Assembly: GCA_051532055.1 (NCBI GenBank)
Contig: JAOPTX010000016.1
Coordinates: 1 to 64,000 of the forward strand
Origin: Fibrobacterales bacterium
GTDB lineage: Bacteria > Fibrobacterota > Fibrobacteria > Fibrobacterales > JAOPTW01
Length of the DNA: 64,000 nucleotides
Reading direction: 5' to 3'
Shown here: positions 10,301 to 19,848 of the stretch, in pieces
Layout of the letters: each line of letters starts with the position of its first letter
Position numbering within the stretch: the stretch's first letter is position 1
Notes under the pieces: model-generated
What the model was told of the DNA's origin: nothing
Database searches by the model: none
Seen by the model: only the letters and a program-made list of their open reading frames with translations
Translations under genes and position numbers: made by a program

Positions 10301-11385
10301 CTATAAGTCAATCCTTCATTGATTAAAGGCCCCGCCTGTGGGAGCTCTTTTATGGCCAATCGTTCGGAACTCCCTTGTTTTTTATACCCCAAGTAATAGG
10401 TATGGTGCCATGAATAAGGAGAATGACTAAAATAGCGTTTAACCGGAAGTGTAGAATATTCCGGATGCTCCCCCCCTATAGACTTCCAAATTCCAGAGCC
10501 ATGGCCAAAAAAGTAGAGTGAATCAAACCGATCAAAGGCCCCGTTAGCAGCTCCATCTGTACCGTAATCTGCCACAGACAAAGGTACTTCAATCAAGTGA
10601 GGCTGAATCACCTCTTGAGGCACTGCATGAGTAAGTGTATCTGCAGTGCCGGTCAACAAAACCAATTGATCTACATTTATTCCATTGAGAGTAAGACCCT
10701 TTTGCAGTAGTGCTTTTTCAATCTGCTCAAAAGATACCCCATAGTACCCATCCTCCTTTTGAGTATGAAGCTCTCGATCACCAATAGTAAAGGCTGCAAG
10801 GAGGGAAATAGAGTCGAGCGTAGTGTATTCTTTTTTAAAAAGTGGCCTGCCAACTTGATACCCTTTCCGTTTACGTCCATTAATAGTATTACACAACGGC
10901 GCCACTATAGGGTTTAGCCCCTCACTTGATTGTATAGAGAGTGAAAAATTCTTTGTGAGATTAAGCGATTTGTTCAGAGGATTATACTGTGCCAAAGGAA
11001 GTTGAATTAGTGCGACAGGGGTCCCCCTACAGGTTCCACCATATTCTACTGTTATGGTTTGATGCCCATACCTTGCATCATCTGCACTCTTAAATTGCCT
11101 GAGAACAACATCTTTCTTCCCTTCTACATTATGTACCTGTAAAGAGACTGATATTTTTTGAGTTTCATTTTCGAGAGCAACGGTATAACTCCTATATGGG
11201 AGTGCAAAATTACCAGTAGTTCTCTTTAAAAAACTTCGACTAGCATTGACGACACTACCACTCTCACTTCTATCAATCGAAAGAATGTTCACACTATCAG
11301 TGTAAGTGAAACTGCCAATACCCCATAATTGAGAAGGAAGTACCACTCCTACACACAACAAAATGAAGAGCATGTTTAGATACAT
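7315..11385 (-). CDS. porU: PorU-like type IX secretion sortase (peptidase C25/gingipain family) with C-terminal FlgD-Ig/T9SS-CTD domain
   Basis: Signal peptide; GKEWF; YLVITP; HVLLFGDGHYDYRN; VGRVP; catalytic GHGG and SCTVGRFE; LLGEP; C-terminal PNP...IKIYNQRGKLV...WDGRDEWGNYLANGVYFYKV...KLVISR. Confidence 0.85.
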   Translation of the reverse strand: MYLNMLFILLCVGVVLPSQLWGIGSFTYTDSVNILSIDRSESGSVVNASRSFLKRTTGNFALPYRSYTVALENETQKISVSLQVHNVEGKKDVVLRQFKSADDARYGHQTITVEYGGTCRGTPVALIQLPLAQYNPLNKSLNLTKNFSLSIQSSEGLNPIVAPLCNTINGRKRKGYQVGRPLFKKEYTTLDSISLLAAFTIGDRELHTQKEDGYYGVSFEQIEKALLQKGLTLNGINVDQLVLLTGTADTLTHAVPQEVIQPHLIEVPLSVADYGTDGAANGAFDRFDSLYFFGHGSGIWKSIGGEHPEYSTLPVKRYFSHSPYSWHHTYYLGYKKQGSSERLAIKELPQAGPLINEGLTYRRVEYDSRLWDGFFSNSTENKHDRESGKEWFWKWFGPTVVDSLMNQHLLDEAIKTLPDLIGERTAYVGISFQPMRSKAGNSTNRNRSTLSMAERLFNISFSFLVNTQEVSSIGGTIPITGNTQWFQTDFLKNEYNYYRLIVNNTEFDDHGQRFDGYSIVYPSLLMYQLGGRYIDPLLSQGSNTLSLVNDTSDLYALRIESHEAVSLHKLSNGTFSDTLSDPLNVRYYLFKPSDIRAIDSITPIASSPYVSQDITTIPGAEYLVITPESFQAQAWSLKQFRESGRAGYSITTEIVTAEDIYRMYSAGRPSPAAFRDYIRYYLSKNPQLTHVLLFGDGHYDYRNLHGTSRVNPLPPYEIESIAAEDFFTVLDAGEECPFGEYIRDIYVGRVPIETEVDAAAYVTKIIEYEDAAQKDNGPWRNRALFVSDDFYQYKNDTLQPRDGIQDHDEQSNDLYQTVRALQPARSTEHFFLHDYVRNYSRVTPVASKSLTRLLNDGQLYTTFYGHGGTVGWSDEQLLRTRELGKLYNRKKLTILGSFSCTVGRFEDGKGNVLGERFVRDPGKGAIASIGALRESYSNRNGVFGQLVTEAIFDTTRIVTLGEALHSAKINETIHSGDRFNDLKYLLLGEPVLRIASPSLSMQNVTTPDTLLGLDSITLSGTLTGYSRSGNGMVSLTLHEADTTKILEIDWENDGDGIDDQNDTRHELDQMNGRLIYSELVPLVAGQFATTFLSPGDLREGENAQLRAYFWEEGSGRSGWHYSESIVLGKRSSFADSIIDTQAPDIVASNCVDADYSEHYLSSTITIALNGCIQIMVSDSLALDFTSTEGRGVFYSADTIWNSVRPIYLEQRSKRAVFRLEFTDKLFEAGTVSLKITATDLLGNKTERLYTIELTGSLTSGLIDIYSVPNPLKSSTTFYFKSMNSDYYRASIKIYNQRGKLVKLIPHAYSGRTTWDGRDEWGNYLANGVYFYKVFYTVPRDDGNARYSKIQKLVISR

Positions 11386-11401
11386 TACGTGTTCCGCAGG
11401 A

Positions 11402-12292
11402 TTAGTGCATCATGAAAAGAAGTTGATTTTGTGCATTGAGAATCTCATTTTTAAAAGCAGAAACGGGCTCTTGCATAAGATGCTCAATAAGGGGTTTCTT
11501 CGGCTTAATTTCTTCAATAGGAGCATCCATTGCAACATTACACTCATCTTTCAACCAAGTTATGGCATCTTGCAATGTACCCAAGGTATCGATAAGACCC
11601 ACTTCATAGGCCTTTTTACCCGTTATTACACGTCCATCTGCAATAGGCCTTAAGGCTTCTTCTGAAATTGAGCGGTGTTTCAAAATTTCAGAAAAGAATT
11701 GCTCATAGGTATCATCAATTAATGACTCCAAATATTTGATCTCTTTTGCAGTACTATGACGAAAAGGGCTCCCCACATCTTTGAGGTCTCCGCTTTTCAC
11801 TGTTGTAAATGAGAGGCCAATCTTCTTTAGAAGCTCTTTTGAGTCCGGGAATTGGAATATTACTCCAATACTCCCTGTAAGTGTTCCTTCATTTGCGAAT
11901 ATTTTTTGAGCGCTTAAGGTCGAATACAAGCCGCCCGATGCCGCAATATCGCCATAACTCGCTACAACAGGAATGGAATCTGCTCTGAGTCGAGCGATTT
12001 GAGAGTTAATCTCTTGTGATGATGCAACGGTACCACCTGGGGAGTTTACCCGAACAACCACACCTCTAATGTTTTCGTTGGTACGCATTTTCTCGAGTTG
12101 GTTCACTACCTTTTCAGACTCATTGATTGCACCTTCAATTTTAACGAGGCCAATATGTGGCGTTGTAAAGTTTTCAAATTCAAGATTTCCGTCCATTGAA
12201 TGTGATACAAGAGCACTGCAGCCCCCAACCATAATGAAAAAACTACACATCAATGCAACAATTGACAATACAATTACTTTTCCTGTACTCAT
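11402..12292 (-). CDS. sppA: Signal peptide peptidase SppA (S49, short form)
   Basis: VNSPGG, AASGGLY, TLTGSIGV, KSGDLKD, IADGRV, GLIDTLG. Confidence 0.93.
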   Translation of the reverse strand: MSTGKVIVLSIVALMCSFFIMVGGCSALVSHSMDGNLEFENFTTPHIGLVKIEGAINESEKVVNQLEKMRTNENIRGVVVRVNSPGGTVASSQEINSQIARLRADSIPVVASYGDIAASGGLYSTLSAQKIFANEGTLTGSIGVIFQFPDSKELLKKIGLSFTTVKSGDLKDVGSPFRHSTAKEIKYLESLIDDTYEQFFSEILKHRSISEEALRPIADGRVITGKKAYEVGLIDTLGTLQDAITWLKDECNVAMDAPIEEIKPKKPLIEHLMQEPVSAFKNEILNAQNQLLFMMH

Positions 12293-12305
12293 GTTTTGAA
12301 TCCTG

Positions 12306-14483
12306 TTATTTTATTCTCAGCTTCATGCCAGGAACTATTCTATTACCAATGTTATTTAATAGTTTCAGTTTTTGAATGGAGATACTGTATTTTTTTGCAA
12401 TACTCCAGAGAGAATCACCACTTCGCACAATATAGTGACTCCCTGTGTCGCCACTACTATTTTGAGCAGTATGTATTATCAGTTTTTGCCCGGGGTAGAT
12501 ACGCGACCCCTTCATGCGATTCCACACTTTTATATCATTGACAGTAACATTATACTTGAGTGCAATTTTATAAATGGATTCACCACCTCGAACTCGGTGA
12601 CGTATTTTCGAACTACTCTTTTTAATGGTAGATTTTTTGGCAACTTTTGATTTCTTTTTCGGCACCACCTTTGCCTGACTCACTGGTGTTACTTTCAATT
12701 TCTGACCAGGATAAATACGAGAACGATTAAGGCTATTCAGTTTTTTTAACTGAGCGAGCGTCACTCCATATTTATTAGCGATAGTATACAGACTTTCACC
12801 GCTTTTTACCGAATGAAGAACATAGGCACCTTTACCTTCTTTAGGCTCAATAACTCTATTGTCAACACCCTCAACCCCATATAGTTTTAATTTTTGTCCA
12901 ACATGGAGAACCGATTTATGAGCCAACTTATTCCACGATAATAGCTCTTTGAGGCTCACCCCAAATTTACGTGCAATGGTATATAAATTATCACCCGATT
13001 TAACTCGATAAGACTTTGATGATCCTTTTGATGATGCGACAGATTTTTTAGACCGTTTTTTTGAAGATTTTTTTACACTCTTTTTACCCGTTTTTTTAGA
13101 CACCTTAGCATACTTGTTTTCCGAAAGCGGTATAACAAGCATTTGACGCGCCCAAATGTTTGAACCTCTAATATTATTAGAAGACTTCAGTGCTCTTACA
13201 GTTACCCCATATTTACGAGCGATAATTCCAAGACTTTCTCCCCATGCTACACGGTGCCTCACCCATTTAACCAGCTTCGACTTATCCATTTTGGTATAAG
13301 CATCCATAAACGCTGCAGAAGTTCCTTTGGGTACTCGAAGATTATAGGTACGTACATTAGGAGGGGTACACCAGCGTCGCACTTCTGGATTAATCTTTCT
13401 CATGATAGAATCTGAAACATGTATCATTTTTGCTGCAACATCAAGAGATATACAATGTTTAACTACAACAGTCTCAGTCTCGGGTCGCACTACAGGCACA
13501 ATATTAGTAATACCAAACTGCTCTGGATAATGGCCAATTATTGCAGCAGCAATTATACGAGGAACATAGCGCTTAGTCTCACGGGGCAGCGGAAGCTCCC
13601 AGTAATCTCTCGTTCCATGCTTACGAATAAGCCTTCGTACCCGAGTCTCACCACAATTATACGCGGCAAAAGCAAGATACCAATCACCAAATTCATTATG
13701 TAAGCGCGTGAGATACCGAATCGCGCCATCAGTTGCACGCTCAGGATTACGACGCCCATCAAACCAATAGTCTGACTTTAAATCATATCGGCGCCCAGTA
13801 GCACGAATAAATTGCCAGATTCCACTTGCACTCGCACTTGAATACGCCTTGACTTTAAAACCCGACTCGATCAGTGATTGATAGATTATGTCAGTCGGCA
13901 TTTCTGCAGCTTTAAGCTTTGTCTTAATCATGCCCTCAAACTGAGCCATACGCCCTAATGAACCTTCCATGAAGGTTGGCACTACGGTACTCAGATATTT
14001 TAACTCACGTATCACCCGCTCATTAATAACAATAGGTATATCAAATACTGAATGATCGAGACTATCGAGATGAAACTCTTTTCCACCGATATACTCCGTC
14101 TCTCCTTTACCCAGTGGCTCTTCAGGGAAGACAAATTCAGGATCAATAACCATTGATTCAGAACTTTTTAGATAGACCTCTTCGAGAATATCGAGAATAT
14201 CATTAAAAAGTTGCTGTCCTTTAATGGTAACCGAGTCAGTAGGTGCTGCATTTTTAGGGGTAACATAAGAGAGTATTTCAACAGCCTGTTCAAGATGTGC
14301 CTCGGCGCCAAGCCAGTCACTATCTTCAATGCTTTGAATACCTGCCTCATAGAGGTCCACTGCAAGCTCAAATGTGTATGTTTCTTCTTTGGAGGGCGCG
14401 TCACTAATCGGTGATGATGATGCACAGGAGATAAAGGCCAGGAGAGTGGCAAGAAGTAAGAGTATATGTAAAATCATTTTCAT
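12306..14483 (-). CDS. mltD: MltD-like lytic murein transglycosylase lipoprotein with 5 LysM domains
   Basis: Likely start ATG at 14483 with a lipobox (LAFISC). SLT motifs IESGF, ASGIWQF, AAYNCGE, ETKRYVP. Five VxxG(E/D)(S/N)(L/I)xxIAxK(Y/F) LysM repeats joined by Lys-rich linkers. Confidence 0.9.
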   Translation of the reverse strand: MKMILHILLLLATLLAFISCASSSPISDAPSKEETYTFELAVDLYEAGIQSIEDSDWLGAEAHLEQAVEILSYVTPKNAAPTDSVTIKGQQLFNDILDILEEVYLKSSESMVIDPEFVFPEEPLGKGETEYIGGKEFHLDSLDHSVFDIPIVINERVIRELKYLSTVVPTFMEGSLGRMAQFEGMIKTKLKAAEMPTDIIYQSLIESGFKVKAYSSASASGIWQFIRATGRRYDLKSDYWFDGRRNPERATDGAIRYLTRLHNEFGDWYLAFAAYNCGETRVRRLIRKHGTRDYWELPLPRETKRYVPRIIAAAIIGHYPEQFGITNIVPVVRPETETVVVKHCISLDVAAKMIHVSDSIMRKINPEVRRWCTPPNVRTYNLRVPKGTSAAFMDAYTKMDKSKLVKWVRHRVAWGESLGIIARKYGVTVRALKSSNNIRGSNIWARQMLVIPLSENKYAKVSKKTGKKSVKKSSKKRSKKSVASSKGSSKSYRVKSGDNLYTIARKFGVSLKELLSWNKLAHKSVLHVGQKLKLYGVEGVDNRVIEPKEGKGAYVLHSVKSGESLYTIANKYGVTLAQLKKLNSLNRSRIYPGQKLKVTPVSQAKVVPKKKSKVAKKSTIKKSSSKIRHRVRGGESIYKIALKYNVTVNDIKVWNRMKGSRIYPGQKLIIHTAQNSSGDTGSHYIVRSGDSLWSIAKKYSISIQKLKLLNNIGNRIVPGMKLRIK

Positions 14484-14681
14484 AAGAGCAGCAACTGGGT
14501 GGTAGTTCTTGTTCAAAATACCTAAATCCCAAACAAAAACCGTAAATATTAAGATATAGTACCACTTTTTTCCTAAAAAAAGAGTAAAATTTTGCACTTT
14601 TATAGGAACTGGCAAAAGTTGTTTTGCCCAGAAAACGCGAGCTGCAGTCACAGCCCAAATCCTTAAACCTACAGGTATCAA

Positions 14682-16007
14682 TTGAGCTGGGAAAAATGTC
14701 TTGATAGTTTAAAAAACAAGTTATCGGATCAAATATTTTCGACACACATTCAAGGAATGAAGCTCGTTCAAGTTGATGATATCCACAAGAAGGTTATTGC
14801 ATCTCTCCCTATGGGGGCTGATGCGCAACTCATTAATCAAAGTTTTAAGGGAATGATAGAGTACGAATATTTGTTACTTAAAGGGCAAATGTACTCATTC
14901 TCTTTTATTCAAGAAAGTAGACGACAAACCCCTTCTTTTGAGTCAAATTATGGCGATAAAGTATTTACCCAATTCCCCAAGGTCCCTCTCAATCCCAAAT
15001 ATACCTTTGACTCTTTTGTAGTTGGTGGCAATTCACAATTTGCCTACTCTGCTTCAGATGCAGTATCAAACTCCCCTGGAAGCTCAAAATTTAACCCTCT
15101 CCTTATTTATGGTGGTTCTGGTCTTGGTAAAACTCACTTGATTCAAGCAATTGGCAATCGAATTAAAGTGAATAACCCTGGAAAAACCATTCGATATGTC
15201 GTTGCCGAAGATTTCATGCGTGAATTTGTTGAATCTCTCAAAAACAAGACGATAACCGAGTTTTCAAACTACTACCGTCATGATGTTGACATCCTCCTTA
15301 TGGATGATATTCAGTTTTTAAGTGGGAAACTCGAAACACAGAATGAATTCTTTCACATTTTTAATGCACTACACCAAGCGGGAAAGCAAATTGTATTAAC
15401 CTCAGATAACTCACCATCTGATGTAACAGGCCTCGAAGACCGCCTCATTTCTCGTTTTCAGTGGGGACTTTGTGTCGATATCCAGCAACCAGATGTAGAG
15501 ACACGCGAAGCAATTATTAGAAAAAAATCTGAGTCTGACCACCTGAAACTCCACGATGAAATTATAGAGTACCTCGCAATAAATATCGATGGAAACATCA
15601 GGCTAATCGAAGGGGCTATTAGAAAACTAACGCTCCTTTCATCACTTAAAAACGATGACATCACCCTCGATATGGCAAAAGAAGTAGTTGTAGGAATTCC
15701 TCGATCTACAGCTCGACGTATTAATGTTGATGAAATTATAGAAGCAATTTCTCGTTACTACAACGTAGAGATCGACCGAATTCTTGAAGGGGGGCGTGGT
15801 ACTAAAGAAGTTGCTCAAGCAAGACACATCGCTATGTACCTTATAAAAGAGCTTTCAAGCCTTTCATTAAAGTCAATTGGAAAACGGTTTGGAGATCGAG
15901 ACCACTCAACTGTGGTTCACTCAATTAAAGCTGTTCAAAAAATGATGATTAATGATCCCTCCTATCGTCGAGGGATTGAAGAGCTTAAAGCGAAGCTACA
16001 ACGATAA
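14682..16007 (+). CDS. dnaA: Chromosomal replication initiator DnaA
   Basis: LNPKYTFDSFVVG, NPLLIYGGSGLGKTHL, LLMDDIQF, QNEFFHIFN, RLISRFQWG, IGKRFGDRDHSTV. TTG start. Confidence 0.98.
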   Translation: MSWEKCLDSLKNKLSDQIFSTHIQGMKLVQVDDIHKKVIASLPMGADAQLINQSFKGMIEYEYLLLKGQMYSFSFIQESRRQTPSFESNYGDKVFTQFPKVPLNPKYTFDSFVVGGNSQFAYSASDAVSNSPGSSKFNPLLIYGGSGLGKTHLIQAIGNRIKVNNPGKTIRYVVAEDFMREFVESLKNKTITEFSNYYRHDVDILLMDDIQFLSGKLETQNEFFHIFNALHQAGKQIVLTSDNSPSDVTGLEDRLISRFQWGLCVDIQQPDVETREAIIRKKSESDHLKLHDEIIEYLAINIDGNIRLIEGAIRKLTLLSSLKNDDITLDMAKEVVVGIPRSTARRINVDEIIEAISRYYNVEIDRILEGGRGTKEVAQARHIAMYLIKELSSLSLKSIGKRFGDRDHSTVVHSIKAVQKMMINDPSYRRGIEELKAKLQR

Positions 16008-16045
16008 ATTCTGATTTGAGGCACACTTCATTGAAAATTATTTAA

Positions 16046-16082
16046 AAGAAAGAGTCAAGCGAACCTGACTTAACTCTTTCTT
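16046..16082. terminator. Probable bidirectional terminator between convergent dnaA and hemE
   Basis: Inverted repeat AAGAAAGAGT...ACTCTTTCTT, with an alternative AGTCA/TGACT pairing. Confidence 0.5.
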
Positions 16083-16088
16083 CAAATC

Positions 16089-17114
16089 CTATCTGCCCTG
16101 AATCGTTTTCACAAATGTTTCAACACCTGATATAGGCATTGTTGGTGTAACACCGTGGCCCAAATTCATAATATGAGGACGATCTTTAACAATTTCAAGA
16201 ATTTCACGAGTGCGTCGCTCGATCTCTGCATTAGGTGCATAAAGCATACATGGATCAAGGTTCCCTTGATAGGTCATATCGGGACACTCTGCTATAATTT
16301 CGTTAAGTGACACTCTCCAATCTACACCGAGCACATCTGCTCCGAGATCCTGCATAACAGGATAGAGATTCGATGCCCCATTAGCATAATGAATAACGGG
16401 TACTGATTCACTGAGCTGTATTTCTGCTATGATTTTTTGGGTATAAGGAAAGACAAACTCACGATACTCTTCACGAGAGAAGTGACCAGCCCATGAATCC
16501 ATCACCACAACAGCATCTACACCCGATGCAATTTGAAACTTCAGATACTCAACGGTTGTTGCAGCGAGTTGATCCATAAGTAGCTTATAGATTGGATCTC
16601 TCGAAAAAGCCATTTTTTTGGTAAGACTAAGATCTTTTGAGCTACCACCCTCAATAATATAGGAACCAACGGTTAAGGGGCCGCCAGCAAAACCCATAAG
16701 GGGTACTCTACCATCAAGTCGCTTCTTAATCGCTTTAACCGCGCCCCCAACAAAGTCCAAGTCCTTCTCGACGTCCACAGATGTGATGCGCTCCATATCA
16801 TCAAGAGTCCGAACAGGATTACTGATAACAGGTCCTTTACCCTTTACAAATTCGAGATCAACACCCATTGGCTCTAACAAGGTAAGGATATCTGAAAACA
16901 TAATGGCTGCGTCAAATCCAAATCGCTCAATGGGTTGCCAAGTTACTTCTGCACACGCTTCTGGGTTTTTATAAAAGTCGGTAAATGAAGGGAAGGAATT
17001 CCTCACCTTCATATATTCTGGAAGATATCTCCCCGCCTGTCTCATCACCCATACTGGCTTAGATTCTGTTACTTCACCTGCACAGGCTCTTAAAAATAGA
17101 TCACTTCTATCCAT
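16089..17114 (-). CDS. hemE: Uroporphyrinogen decarboxylase
   Basis: PVWVMRQAGRYLPEY, DAAIMFSDIL, GFAGGP, YIIEG, QGNLDP, NLGHG. Confidence 0.97.
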   Translation of the reverse strand: MDRSDLFLRACAGEVTESKPVWVMRQAGRYLPEYMKVRNSFPSFTDFYKNPEACAEVTWQPIERFGFDAAIMFSDILTLLEPMGVDLEFVKGKGPVISNPVRTLDDMERITSVDVEKDLDFVGGAVKAIKKRLDGRVPLMGFAGGPLTVGSYIIEGGSSKDLSLTKKMAFSRDPIYKLLMDQLAATTVEYLKFQIASGVDAVVVMDSWAGHFSREEYREFVFPYTQKIIAEIQLSESVPVIHYANGASNLYPVMQDLGADVLGVDWRVSLNEIIAECPDMTYQGNLDPCMLYAPNAEIERRTREILEIVKDRPHIMNLGHGVTPTMPISGVETFVKTIQGR

Positions 17115-17779
17115 TAAATCACTCTTTTAAACCAGTCCGACACTGGTTTTCTTGTTGTTGTAAATGTATTCACATGAGCATCTTTTGCTATGCCTATGGG
17201 GATTGCACAAATGAGCAAATCACCCTCCGGCAGCTGACAATGCTTTTCTATAATCTCTGGGTAGCTTACTCCGAAGTACATAGGGCATGCTGCGTATCCT
17301 TCTGCAGTCAATCCATTAAGAAGACTCCCTAAGAACATTCCACAGTCCAGAAATGTACCTTTTTCAGCATCACCACGAGTGGTTAAAATCAATACCTGTG
17401 ACGCATGAAAAAAATGAGCATTCTCTCTATAATGAAGAGCTCTTTTCTCATGATCATCTCTTCCAATTCCTTTGTGGGCAAAAAGACCAAATCCAACTTC
17501 TCGGGCAAGGGTTTTCCACTCATCTGGCAGTGGTTCCGGATAAGTCACAAAAGGTTCAGTCGGCTTTGTACCCTCATCAAACGCTCTGAGATACTCGTCT
17601 TTCAAAGTACCAAGAGCACCTCCTTCAATAAGAGTCATTCGCCACGGTTGTACATTTTTTGATGATGCTGAACGTGCCGATGCCTCGAGTATCTTATGAA
17701 GAACTTCTTGAGGAACAACAGATCCTTCTTTAAAGTATCGACAGGACTTCCTTGAGTGAAGTGTTTTAAAAAAATCCAT
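17114..17779 (-). CDS. Nitroreductase family protein
   Basis: Start ATG at 17779; SRKSCRYF, SASSKNVQPW, DCGMF. Confidence 0.88.
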   Translation of the reverse strand: MDFFKTLHSRKSCRYFKEGSVVPQEVLHKILEASARSASSKNVQPWRMTLIEGGALGTLKDEYLRAFDEGTKPTEPFVTYPEPLPDEWKTLAREVGFGLFAHKGIGRDDHEKRALHYRENAHFFHASQVLILTTRGDAEKGTFLDCGMFLGSLLNGLTAEGYAACPMYFGVSYPEIIEKHCQLPEGDLLICAIPIGIAKDAHVNTFTTTRKPVSDWFKRVI

Positions 17780-17780
17780 A

Positions 17781-18641
17781 TTAGCGCTTCTTTCTCCCTG
17801 CAACAGCCCACCACTCTCCATCTGACATATCGTGATGCACCGCAATACCAACGTCAGAAAACCAATCGAGGATATAGTCTTTCTCTGTTAAAAGTTGCCC
17901 TGAAATAAGAAGAAGGCCATTCTCATTAAGCAGAGTTTCCATCTCTTTACGCATTGGCCATAACTCACTACGGATCATATTGCAAAGAATAATGTCAAAT
18001 ACAGGCGCTTGTTTAAATGCATCAAGAAAACCAAGAATACCTTGGGCAGGAGGACAATTATTAAGCTGAAAATTCTCTTTAATACAAGGTATAGTTACTG
18101 GATCAATTTCAGTGACCACTGTTTGAGCACCACAAAGCTTTTCGGCATACATAGCTAATATACCGGTCCCCGTCCCTATATCAAGAAGGGTTGGCTTCTC
18201 TGGCAAAAGTCCCTTTTCACGAAGTACCTGTTCCATAAGTCTAATGATGAGAGAGGTCGATTCATGGGTGCCCGTACCAAATGCTTGTTTTGCCTCGAGA
18301 AGAATGTCGACCCCATTTTCACGAGTGACGCGCTCTACCCAAGGTGGGTATACAAAGAGGGTATCGGTAACAGGGACGGCCTTTTGTTGAGACCTCCAGC
18401 TTTCATCCCAATCAACATTCAATTCATCCCCTCGTTCAATCATACATTCAGAAAACTGTTCATAGAGTTCTGTAATTACTGACTCAGCGTTCTCACATAT
18501 TTTAAAAAAGACCGTAGATTCATTTGACTCATCAAGTTCTTGAATTGAGTGAGCGCCAGCCTCAAATAATGAGTAGGAGATCAAATCATAATTGTCGCGA
18601 GGGCACTGACCAATAAGCCAGTAGTACCGTTCTTCTGTCAT
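17781..18641 (-). CDS. prmA: Ribosomal protein L11 methyltransferase
   Basis: DWDESW, PPW, AFGTGTHEST, LLDIGTGTGILA, DIILCN, ISG. Start placed at the ATG at 18641, after AAGGA. Confidence 0.9.
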   Translation of the reverse strand: MTEERYYWLIGQCPRDNYDLISYSLFEAGAHSIQELDESNESTVFFKICENAESVITELYEQFSECMIERGDELNVDWDESWRSQQKAVPVTDTLFVYPPWVERVTRENGVDILLEAKQAFGTGTHESTSLIIRLMEQVLREKGLLPEKPTLLDIGTGTGILAMYAEKLCGAQTVVTEIDPVTIPCIKENFQLNNCPPAQGILGFLDAFKQAPVFDIILCNMIRSELWPMRKEMETLLNENGLLLISGQLLTEKDYILDWFSDVGIAVHHDMSDGEWWAVAGRKKR

Positions 18642-18814
18642 TATCATCCTTATAGCTATTTTTGTAATTATTATAAATGTAGAGATGAGCCGAGACCCAT
18701 CGATCGACAATGTAATAAATTTAATAGTACTCCTCACCCTATTCTAAGGCGAAATGTAAGATAAAACAATATGACTTTTCTATATTGTGCCCTAAATTTA
18801 GTGTTACAGGCATA

Positions 18815-19828
18815 ATGAGCAGCTCCTCTTCAAACAACTCTGGATCAAAAGACGCACTCAGTAAAGCGCGTGATCTTGTACATCATTTGATTGAACGCTC
18901 AGATGCTGAAATCAATACGATTGCCGAAAATGCACCAGGTAAACTCAAAGATCGGCTCTGCTCAGTCGTAGCGCGAAAAGGGAAACGGATTCGTTCAACA
19001 CTCCTCTATCTCTTTGCTACGAGTAATGGGGGTGACATTGATGAAAGAGCAACTGCAAAATCTGCCGCATCAATCGAACTACTGCACCTCGCAAGTCTCA
19101 TTCACGATGATGTTATTGATGTGAGTGAAACGAGACGGGGAGATAAAACAGCACATACTAAATGGGGAAACCACATGGCAGTGCTCGTAGGTGACTACAC
19201 CCTAGCTCAGTCCCTATCTCTTGTTGTTCAAAATGACAACAACCACATTGCAGCACTTATTTCACAAACTGCTGGCGAGTTAGTTGCAGGAGAAATTCTT
19301 GAAATTGATAACCAGGGGAATAACGACCTCAGTATCGAAGAGTACAACAGAATTATTTATGGTAAGACCGCATCCCTATTGGAAGTTTCTGCAGAGATTG
19401 GCGCAATTCACGCCAACTACCCAAGTGACACTGTAAAACAGATTCGCAAAGTAGGTAATCTATTTGGAATGGCTTTTCAGGTTGTTGATGACCTTCTTGA
19501 TTTTGGTATTGGCGCAACAGAACTCGGTAAAAAACCTTTTACTGACATTTCAAATGATGTCATGAGTCTCCCTATCATACTCTTTTTGTCAAAAGCTTCA
19601 ACAGAAGATAAAGAGTCATTTAAGGACCTTGCATTACACACTGAAGAACAAGGAACTATTCCAAAAATAGTGGAACTTCTGAACAAACATGCTGTTTTTC
19701 GTGAATGCCAAGAAATCGCTTTAAACTATTTAAATGAAGCAACGACGATTTTAAAAAGACTCCCCGCTTCTCGAAGCAAGGAACTTTTAATTGATATGTG
19801 TGAAGCAATGAGTTACCGCTGTAACTAA
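18815..19828 (+). CDS. Long-chain polyprenyl diphosphate synthase (IspB/HepT-like)
   Basis: GKRIR, ASLIHDDVID, RRG, KTASL, FQVVDDLLD (two Asp-rich motifs). Start uncertain (18785 or 18815). Confidence 0.92.
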   Translation: MSSSSSNNSGSKDALSKARDLVHHLIERSDAEINTIAENAPGKLKDRLCSVVARKGKRIRSTLLYLFATSNGGDIDERATAKSAASIELLHLASLIHDDVIDVSETRRGDKTAHTKWGNHMAVLVGDYTLAQSLSLVVQNDNNHIAALISQTAGELVAGEILEIDNQGNNDLSIEEYNRIIYGKTASLLEVSAEIGAIHANYPSDTVKQIRKVGNLFGMAFQVVDDLLDFGIGATELGKKPFTDISNDVMSLPIILFLSKASTEDKESFKDLALHTEEQGTIPKIVELLNKHAVFRECQEIALNYLNEATTILKRLPASRSKELLIDMCEAMSYRCN

Positions 19829-19848
19829 ACTTATTGAGTTATAAGCTC

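Noticed and set aside
12306..13260. Repeats within mltD
   Set aside because: These are ordinary LysM domain repeats with Lys-rich linkers, not DNA-level repeat elements.
14484..14681. oriC upstream of dnaA, and the 66-aa N-terminal extension of MltD
   Set aside because: No DnaA-box cluster is visible. The extension precedes a clear lipoprotein signal at 14483 and would fill the divergent promoter region.
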